Source: Candidatus Kuenenia stuttgartensis (GTDB lineage: Bacteria > Planctomycetota > Brocadiia > Brocadiales > Brocadiaceae). Taken from it: a stretch of DNA of 32,000 nt. Positions 1 through 6,480 of the stretch are shown one piece after another. The DNA lies in contig NZ_LT934425.1 of assembly GCF_900232105.1 (NCBI RefSeq), forward strand, positions 3,600,001 through 3,632,000, given 5' to 3'. How positions within the stretch are numbered: the first letter of the stretch is position 1; each line of letters begins with the position of its first letter. The notes under the pieces were generated by a model. The model did no database searches. It saw only the letters and a list, made by a program, of their open reading frames with translations, and was not told the origin of the DNA. A program made the translations under genes and the position numbers.

Positions 1-472
1 TTGATACATACCCGCCCAGACTCTTATCCGGAACAAACAGTATTTCCTGTTCTTTGGGAAATGAAGATACGATTTTTATTGCATTAGATGACGTGCAACA
101 GATATCGCTCTCTGCTTTTACTGCGGCGGTACTGTTTACATAGCAAACAACTTTTGCACCGGGATACTCCTTTTTTTTCAGAATAAGTTCCTTCCGGGTA
201 ATCATATTTGCCATCGGGCAGCCTGCATTTTCATCAGGCAAAAGCACCAATTTGCCGGGACAAAGAATTGATGCGGTTTCTGCCATGAAATGTACCCCGC
301 AGAAAACAATCATTTCCGCCTCAGTTTTGGCGGCCTGTTGTGATAATCCCAGGGAATCCCCGGCGTAATCCGCAATATCCTGTACTTCACCCCTTTGATA
401 GTTGTGCGCAAGTATTATTGCATTTCTTTTTTTCTTTAATTCTTTTATTTTATCTATTATTAATGTAGTCAA
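1..472 (-). CDS. nadA: Quinolinate synthase NadA, N-terminal ~157 codons (gene runs off the window start)
   Basis: Absent from the ORF track (partial ORF, TTG start at 472-470). My reverse-strand translation reads (M)[89 protein letters not shown]...[22 protein letters not shown]...[14 protein letters not shown]. This carries NadA hallmarks: [25 protein letters not shown]. Confidence 0.85.
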   Translation of the reverse strand, partial: MTTLIIDKIKELKKKRNAIILAHNYQRGEVQDIADYAGDSLGLSQQAAKTEAEMIVFCGVHFMAETASILCPGKLVLLPDENAGCPMANMITRKELILKKKEYPGAKVVCYVNSTAAVKAESDICCTSSNAIKIVSSFPKEQEILFVPDKSLGGYVS

Positions 473-866
473 ATTCTAGGTGTTTTGTTGATGTTCTTGT
501 ATTGAGGTATCTTTTCATGCCAGTGTTTCTTTCTGAAAAACATGGCGTAAACGCTACGAAAATGAATGATAACACAGTATGATGCGATTTTAAATACTTT
601 TTTTATGTGACTCTTTCGCCAAATGAGTCAATTGCTCCCAACTATTAATCGGGAGCAGTTATTTCATACGAGTGGTTATAAGCAAAGGGAATGTGTTACT
701 GTTTTTTTTCAATTTGCAAAATTGGTTGCTTTTTATCGAAATCAAATATACCGCCGGGCAAAGTGAAATTGACTCGTATTTATCAATGTGATATAAAATG
801 GATGCTAGGCGCAGAATACAGACAAAAAGATTATGTTACCGCAGAAGCAGAAAATAACAATAAATT

Positions 867-1165
867 TGTAACACTTTAGTTTTTTGAAAAATTCCCGGGA
901 TAGAAAAAATACCATGTAGCCCTGTTAGTGGCGGTCTGTTTGTAGCGCAATAAAATTCAATAAGGTAAATAGCTCCGTAGGAGCGGCCTGTCCGTATTCA
1001 GGTAGACCTGTTTATATGGATTTACAAGAGACAGGTTGCTCATAATTGCAGAGACAGGTTTCAAACCTGTCTCTACGATCTGTTATAATATCCTATTTTG
1101 CTACAAACAGGCTGCTCCTACGGAGCTTATAGGTAGTACATTTTTCAAAAAACTAAAGTGTTACA
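867..1165. mobile_element. MITE-like non-autonomous element, copy A (299 bp)
   Basis: Terminal inverted repeats match 25/25: 867-891 tgtaacactttagttttttgaaaaa, and 1141-1165 is its exact reverse complement. Identical hexamers TAAATT flank it at 861-866 and 1166-1171 (candidate target-site duplication). A near full-length inverted copy lies at 13036-13313. No credible ORF inside. Confidence 0.8.
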
Positions 1166-1236
1166 TAAATTTACTTATTACCGTTATGTTCAATGGGGAT
1201 GTTTCTTACTATTTTATTTGAGGGGGGAATTGCATT

Positions 1237-2721
1237 ATGAAGGGTAAAAACTACATCAATGGCGCATTTGTTGATAGTGCTTCATCTGAAGTGTTTGAAA
1301 GCAGAAATCCGGCGTATTGTGATGAGGTGCTAGGGACATTTCCCCTTTCTTCTGCAGATGACGTCAATAATGCGGTGCTGGCGGCAAAGACCGCTTATGA
1401 TACATGGAGAAAAATTTCACGGATAAGACGCGGCGAATATCTTGATGAATTGGCGCAGTTGCTGAAAAAAGACAGAGAAGCCATCTCTCAGTTGGTATCG
1501 AAAGAATGCGGGAAAGGGATTGCGGAAGGGCGTGCGGATGTAACGGAAGGCATTCATATGGTTCAATATATATTTGGCACAACAAGGATGCCGCATGGCG
1601 ATATTATTGATTCGGAGATTGTAGAAAAAGACTCCTTCATGCGACGGAGGCCAAAAGGTGTTGTTGCCGCAATTACGCCATGGAATTTTCCCTTTGCGAT
1701 TCCACTATGGCTGATTTGTCCCTCTGTAGTGGAGGGGAATACCGTTGTGTTAAAACCGTCCCGGGAGACGCCTTGCGTCGCTAATAAAATTGCAGAATAT
1801 GTGCATGCTGCAGGATTTCCTCCCGGAGTAATTAATGTAATACATGGAGGTTGTGGAGATGCGTTGGTAAGACATTCCGATACACAGGTAATATTGTTTA
1901 CCGGTTCATGTGAAGTTGGTGAAGGGATAAAGAAGATTGCTGCTGAATCCTATAACAAAATGTGCGCCTGCGAGATGGGGGGGAAAAATGCGATAATAGT
2001 TCTCGATGGCGCCAATATGGAGATAGCGGTGAATGCCTCTATTCTCAGCGCCTTTAAAACTTCAGGGCAGAGATGTACTTCCGCAGGCAGGTTGATTTTA
2101 CATGTGAATATGCTTGAAGAATTTGAAAAGAGATTTGTTGAACTCGCCAAACGGATTAAAATCGGCAACCCTCTTGACGAAGAGGTATTTATGGGACCAG
2201 TTATAAATCAAGCAGCAACAGAAAAAATTTTACGATATAACGATTTTGCAAAGAATGAGGGGGCGGAGGTATTGCTTGACGGCTCCAGGCTTACTGGCGG
2301 GGGATATGATAAGGGGTACTTTATGTCTCCTTTTGTATATCGAATGAAAAATAATCCAAAGAGCCGTGTTCTCCATGAGGAGGTCTTTGGGCCTCATGTG
2401 GCGATTATCCCTGTGGAAAGTATTGATGAGGCTATTAATGTGTATAATGATACAGAATATGGTCTTTCCTGTGCAGTAATTACGGAAGATTTTCGAAAGG
2501 CGAGGCGGATAAGGGATGACTGTGAATACGGACTTGGGTATGTTAATTTACCTACAATAGGCGCGGAGGTACATTTGCCGTTTGGGGGACTGAAAAAGAG
2601 CGGGACCGGTCTCCCTTCCGCAAGCACTTTGATAGATGCGGTAACACACCGCACGGCATGGACGGTGAATCATGATTTAGAAATAAAAATGGCGCAGGGG
2701 CTTAGCGCTAAATTATCTTAG
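1237..2721 (+). CDS. NAD(P)-dependent aldehyde dehydrogenase family protein
   Basis: 494-aa ORF preceded by the GAGGGGGG RBS. ALDH motifs present: ITPWNFP, VLKPS, catalytic Glu region CEMGGKNA, catalytic Cys region GQRCTSAGR, and EEVFGP. Confidence 0.9.
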   Translation: MKGKNYINGAFVDSASSEVFESRNPAYCDEVLGTFPLSSADDVNNAVLAAKTAYDTWRKISRIRRGEYLDELAQLLKKDREAISQLVSKECGKGIAEGRADVTEGIHMVQYIFGTTRMPHGDIIDSEIVEKDSFMRRRPKGVVAAITPWNFPFAIPLWLICPSVVEGNTVVLKPSRETPCVANKIAEYVHAAGFPPGVINVIHGGCGDALVRHSDTQVILFTGSCEVGEGIKKIAAESYNKMCACEMGGKNAIIVLDGANMEIAVNASILSAFKTSGQRCTSAGRLILHVNMLEEFEKRFVELAKRIKIGNPLDEEVFMGPVINQAATEKILRYNDFAKNEGAEVLLDGSRLTGGGYDKGYFMSPFVYRMKNNPKSRVLHEEVFGPHVAIIPVESIDEAINVYNDTEYGLSCAVITEDFRKARRIRDDCEYGLGYVNLPTIGAEVHLPFGGLKKSGTGLPSASTLIDAVTHRTAWTVNHDLEIKMAQGLSAKLS

Positions 2722-2911
2722 TACTTATCACCACTTACTTAATCTTGAGAGCACCACCATTAAACATCTGACGGAATTAGCAGAAAATGTATCACGAAAA
2801 TGGCGATGGATAATTACTGTTGCATATATCATTGCCCTCTATGCCTTCCTGCCGTTTGCTCCTGCGATTTGGAGGTTTGCACTGCGACTGCTGGGAGAAA
2901 AAGTAAACTAT

Positions 2912-3361
2912 TTGAGCGGGATATTCGTAAGTATCGCGGGAGTGTATTCCCTTTTCTTTTTAGTTTACCGGAAAAAGGCAAGGAATGTTTCTGTTTATGC
3001 GGCATTTTTTGTGATATCTCTGGCATGCCTTGTTTTGTTGAAGTATATGTGTGTGAATGGTGCGGAGAGATTCCATCTGCTATTTTACGGGATTTTAAGC
3101 GGTATTCTGTTCTGGGCGTTAAGAATAGACGTTCAAAATAAATTAATCTATGTGTATACAACCATTTTGGTATGTTTGGTAGGCGCAATTGATGAGTTTA
3201 TTCAGGCAATTTTGCCGATGAGATGCTTTGATATGAGGGATATAGTGATGAACTGGTTTTCCGGCGGATTGGGAACTCTCTTTATTGTGTTTGTATTAAA
3301 GCCAGTTTGGGATACTGCAAAGGGGGGAAAGGGGTGTTGTCTTAAAAATCCTTATACGTAG
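2912..3361 (+). CDS. VanZ-like integral membrane protein (true start uncertain, possibly upstream)
   Basis: Several hydrophobic helices and a C-terminal GAIDEFIQAILPMRCFDMRDIVMNWFSGGLG block resembling the VanZ-like signature. TTG at 2912 is the first canonical start, but the frame stays open back to 2687 and encodes a further TM-like helix. Confidence 0.6.
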   Translation: MSGIFVSIAGVYSLFFLVYRKKARNVSVYAAFFVISLACLVLLKYMCVNGAERFHLLFYGILSGILFWALRIDVQNKLIYVYTTILVCLVGAIDEFIQAILPMRCFDMRDIVMNWFSGGLGTLFIVFVLKPVWDTAKGGKGCCLKNPYT

Positions 3362-3388
3362 CTCATCGTTTAGCCTTGCTAGTGAATA

Positions 3389-4189
3389 TTACTGTGGTTG
3401 ATTACAAAAACCTGCCTGGTTTTTCTTTTTGATCGTAAATGAGTCAAGCTGTTTTTGGGTTTCCTTGGAAGCTCTGCGGTCGAGCCACTTCCCGGGAGTC
3501 TCTCCCTTGCCCATTTTGTACATTATAAAAAGATAACCAAAGCCTCTAAGGAAATAGTTTCCTTCAACTGCTGCGCTGTGCCAGTGATTCCTGAGAAGTT
3601 TTGCATTGTGGCGTGTTACGGCAATAATATCCACCGGCAGGAAATAATCGCTCAGAATGCTGAACAGATTGAACCCTATCGGAAGAAACGGTTTCCCTTT
3701 TTTTGCCGAATCGGATACCAAAAGCGCCATATAGCGGCGGGGCTTGAGTATGCGGTGTATTTCCCGGATTACCTGTTCCAATGCTGTGTAATATTCCCCG
3801 GAAGTGGCCTCTAATTCTCCAATACAGTTTTCTTTTCCTGAATAAGTGATGTGGGTTGAATAGGGAGGATCGATAAAAACAAAATCTGCTGTTGCCTTTT
3901 CTATGGGGATTTTCCGTGCGTCTGCCTGTTTAATATCTTTGCGTGTTGGATTCAGATCAAACCCTAATGCCTCACGGTTTAGCTCCTTAGCAACATCTAG
4001 GGTTGTGCCTGCGCCGCACATGGGGTCAATTACAACATCTCCTGGTCGTGTATATCGCTGCAATAGGTTCCAGATGATATAAGAAGGAGTGGCTCCCTTG
4101 TAGTTCTGGGCGTGTTCCTGTTCACGAAGATAGTGCTGGGAAGGAAAATCCCAAAGTGTCAATGTCTGCAACCGGATTTTTTTATTCAT
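3389..4189 (-). CDS. SAM-dependent DNA methyltransferase (N6-adenine/N4-cytosine type), no cognate nuclease adjacent
   Basis: 266 aa. AdoMet-binding motif DPMCGAGTT (aa 55-63) is preceded by an ATPSYIIWNLL block. The catalytic motif IDPPY sits at aa 106-110. Confidence 0.7.
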   Translation of the reverse strand: MNKKIRLQTLTLWDFPSQHYLREQEHAQNYKGATPSYIIWNLLQRYTRPGDVVIDPMCGAGTTLDVAKELNREALGFDLNPTRKDIKQADARKIPIEKATADFVFIDPPYSTHITYSGKENCIGELEATSGEYYTALEQVIREIHRILKPRRYMALLVSDSAKKGKPFLPIGFNLFSILSDYFLPVDIIAVTRHNAKLLRNHWHSAAVEGNYFLRGFGYLFIMYKMGKGETPGKWLDRRASKETQKQLDSFTIKKKNQAGFCNQPQ

Positions 4190-4267
4190 TAATTAACTAA
4201 GGTCTCTTGAAATGTATTGCGCTTGCTTTAAAATATTGAATGGTTAAAACAGGATGGGGGGTAGTTG

Positions 4268-4933
4268 TCATTTGTTTTTGAGCGGTCTTCCTGGTGGCAG
4301 CGTCTTTATTCTTCTCCCCAGGAGTTTTTCAAATTTCTTGATAAATCGGTCATCACCGCAAGGACGTCCCGTCATTGAACATTTCTTTATATTTTTAATG
4401 ATTTGTTCGTAATCCTTTTCTCTTAAATATTCTGACCAATCTTCGATTTCGGCATTTAAATAGCAATCGTAAGATAAAATACCATCTCTCTTTTGGGTGA
4501 CATGACTGTACGCGCTCGACCATTTATACCTATGTGGTTTTCTTACGATGCCGGCACGAACAGGGTTGTTTTCTATATGTCGGACAGCGGCGTATGTGTG
4601 TTTTTTATCAAGGATGCAAGAATAAAATCTTCCTTGCCAGAGATGTCCTTTCTCATTTCGTTTACGATTAAAATATTGTGAATATCTCATGTGAAGCAGA
4701 TTTAATGCGCGTGAAAGAGAATCTTTTTCGGCAGGTACACAAACGAGGTGAACATGGTCAGGCATAAGGCAATATGCCCATATCTTCAGAGAGTATTCAC
4801 CGGCATACTCATGAAGCCATTGAATATAATGCTCATAGTCATCTTCTGTTTCAAAAACAGGCTTTTGATAGTTGCCTCTTTGTGTTACATAATGAGGGTA
4901 ACGCGGGACTGTGATTCGTGCGATTCGTGCCAT
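4268..4933 (-). CDS. IS200/IS605-type Y1 (HUH) transposase homologue of the REP-associated (RAYT-like) kind
   Basis: 221 aa. Family blocks present: YPHYVTQRGN, WAYCLMPDHVHLV (HUH = HVH), GHLWQGRFYS and IENNPVRAGIV. No second IS gene or IS ends are adjacent. Confidence 0.8.
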   Translation of the reverse strand: MARIARITVPRYPHYVTQRGNYQKPVFETEDDYEHYIQWLHEYAGEYSLKIWAYCLMPDHVHLVCVPAEKDSLSRALNLLHMRYSQYFNRKRNEKGHLWQGRFYSCILDKKHTYAAVRHIENNPVRAGIVRKPHRYKWSSAYSHVTQKRDGILSYDCYLNAEIEDWSEYLREKDYEQIIKNIKKCSMTGRPCGDDRFIKKFEKLLGRRIKTLPPGRPLKNK

Positions 4934-5007
4934 GAAAAAATAGTAATCCTTTTAATTTAAAATGTCAAAGAAAAAGGGTAGCTGTCCCTTGTATCACCAT
5001 AATTATA

Positions 5008-5053
5008 AGAAAAAAAAGACCCCAATAAATTTTTACAATTATCAGGGTCTTTT
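5008..5053 (-). terminator. Rho-independent terminator downstream of csp
   Basis: On the minus strand, an AAAGACCC...GGGTCTTT stem (arms about 5015-5022 and 5045-5053) is followed by a run of about 8 T. Confidence 0.55.
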
Positions 5054-5160
5054 GCGCCTTAATTATAACAATATTTTTAATAGTACTCTATATTTTCAAT
5101 ATACAACATTAATAGTATTTTATATACGGCAAAATATACGAGTATGCTTAATAAATATAT

Positions 5161-5361
5161 TTATAATTTGACTACTTTTGTGGCTTTGTAGCCTTTTTGG
5201 TCTTTTACGACTTCAAACTCTACTTTATCTCCTTCTGCAAGAGTTCTAAAACCCTCGCATTCGATCGCAGTCTGATGTACAAATACATCTTCTCCATTGT
5301 CCTGAGAAATAAAACCAAAACCCTTTGAGTCGTTAAACCATTTAACGGTACCCTGTGGCAT
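5161..5361 (-). CDS. csp: Cold-shock protein, CspA family
   Basis: [33 protein letters not shown]... contains the RNP1-like KGFGFI and RNP2-like VFVH motifs. I prefer ATG at 5361 (RBS AAAGGGGG about 11 nt upstream); the track ORF starts at GTG 5373. Confidence 0.92.
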   Translation of the reverse strand: MPQGTVKWFNDSKGFGFISQDNGEDVFVHQTAIECEGFRTLAEGDKVEFEVVKDQKGYKATKVVKL

Positions 5362-5400
5362 TCTTAAAATCACCCCCTTTCATAATTAAAAAAAACAACA

Positions 5401-5441
5401 TTATAAACTAAAAAAGCTACAAGGTTGTAACACCTTGTAGC
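5401..5441 (-). terminator. Terminator-like hairpin in the csp leader (possible attenuator)
   Basis: Perfect 10-bp stem gctacaaggt / accttgtagc (5416-5425 / 5432-5441) with a 6-nt loop, followed on the minus strand by TTTTTAGTTT. It lies about 40 nt upstream of the csp start. Confidence 0.5.
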
Positions 5442-5501
5442 CTCGTTATAAACTTCCCTATATGCAACGATCCGGTACAGTACAACCAATCACTGGAAAT
5501 A

Positions 5502-5529
5502 ATATTATCACACTTTATCATTAAAGCAA
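5502..5529 (-). promoter_or_regulatory. Candidate sigma70 promoter for csp (extended -10)
   Basis: Minus strand: TTGCTT (5529-5524), a 16-nt spacer, then TGaTAATAT (TG 5510-5509, TAATAT 5507-5502). This would give a leader of about 130 nt. Confidence 0.4.
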
Positions 5530-5818
5530 GAGAAATTATTGCTTTTATCCATTTCAAAACAATAGTTCATGTGGTGTGTAGAACTCCACCAACATGGACA
5601 AGCCAGAACTAATTTCTACTCTAATGTAACTGGTGATTCTGGTGATTTGTTATAAAACGTTGCTCATTTGTGAAGATAAAACCCACATAAGGATTTTAAT
5701 GATATAAATAACTTCGTTTTTATCTAATATTTTATTGAATTTGAAACCTATTATTGGTAACATTTCCCCTTACGTTTACTTATTTAGAAATTATTCTGAA
5801 AGTTTTTAAGGAGTTAGT

Positions 5819-5911
5819 ATGGCTTGCGGTTTTGAGGGTAAGAAAAAACATCGGTTAAACAGGAGAAAATACATTTTAAAAAGACGTAGAAGAAGACGCG
5901 ATAAGGTATAA
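5819..5911 (+). CDS. Unannotated 30-codon highly basic small ORF (MACGFEGKKKHRLNRRKYILKRRRRRRDKV)
   Basis: Below the ORF-track size cut-off. AAGGAG sits 5 nt upstream of ATG 5819 and the TAA stop is at 5909-5911. About 57% of residues are Lys/Arg. Confidence 0.35.
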   Translation: MACGFEGKKKHRLNRRKYILKRRRRRRDKV

Positions 5912-6134
5912 AATCGCAGGTCTGTACCTGCATGGAAGCAGTTAGTTTGTTTCGGTTAACACTCCCGGATATTTTTTGATAAATCATTTTTAAATTCATG
6001 CGCGGTATGACGTGAATCTGTTAAAAAGATAAATTCATGACCTACTGCCAACCCATGTACAATAATGGGGAGGTAATGAAACATTCCGGAAAATCTCACC
6101 TTTCCTTTTACCTGCAATCATTCCCTGTCGTTGT

Positions 6135-6180
6135 AGCCGTTTTCGTATAATTATTTGCCATGCGAAACGGCTTTGTTTAT
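6135..6180 (+). terminator. Candidate plus-strand terminator
   Basis: agccgttttcg (6135-6145) pairs with cgaaacggct (6163-6172) with a 1-nt bulge, followed by ttgtttat. Confidence 0.35.
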
Positions 6181-6403
6181 GATGATATGTTTACAAGAAC
6201 AAATAATTATTTGATAGATTTTTGGGCTAAATCCACCGCGTTTTTCAATATGGCATATTTTGCTGCTTAGGGAGAGCTGCTTAACTATCGCCCGGTAGTT
6301 AACATTTCCTTTTATTGTTACCTGTTTTTTTATTTAAAAAAATATCTGTTTTGCCACTTGGCCAGAGAGACAACATTAATAAGATAATTGGAAAAATATG
6401 GAG

Positions 6404-6444
6404 AAAAAAATAGGGGATTCGCCATATTTTCCAGTGAATCCCCT
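6404..6444 (-). terminator. Rho-independent terminator of rpoD
   Basis: On the minus strand, a 9-bp stem aggggattc / gaatcccct (6436-6444 / 6412-6420) is followed by ATTTTTTT. It lies about 35 nt after the rpoD stop. Confidence 0.7.
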
Positions 6445-6480
6445 GTGTAAATTTTTGCAATACTGATATTTGAATTTCCT

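Noticed and set aside
473-700. Possible NAD+ (nadA-motif) riboswitch upstream of nadA
   Set aside because: Only weak local hairpins are present (for example ttgctccc...gggagcag at about 632-658). I could not recognise the tandem-domain consensus by eye. It needs an Infernal scan before any claim.
691-879. 62-aa ORF in the nadA-ALDH intergenic region
   Set aside because: It has no RBS, runs into the MITE end, is low-complexity and has no recognisable similarity.
1036-1221. 61-aa ORF containing FFKKLKCY; the 66-aa ORF at 25699-25899 contains the same peptide
   Set aside because: The shared peptide is simply the translated MITE terminal repeat (tttttcaaaaaactaaagtgttac). These ORFs are repeat-encoded artefacts.
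2800-3141. 113-aa Cys-rich ORF (MAMDNYCCIYHCPLCLPAVCSC...)
   Set aside because: It is an alternative frame of the VanZ-like membrane gene. It has no RBS or recognisable domain, and its composition is typical of an out-of-frame read of hydrophobic coding sequence.
5814-5999. 61-aa minus-strand ORF overlapping the small basic ORF
   Set aside because: No RBS, hydrophobic or low-complexity composition, and antisense to the better-supported SD-preceded ORF at 5819-5911.
6076-6150. 24-codon plus-strand ORF (MKHSGKSHLSFYLQSFPVVVAVFV) after GGGGAGG
   Set aside because: The SD core ends only 2 nt before the ATG, which is too close for normal initiation. I keep it only as context for the terminator at 6135-6180.
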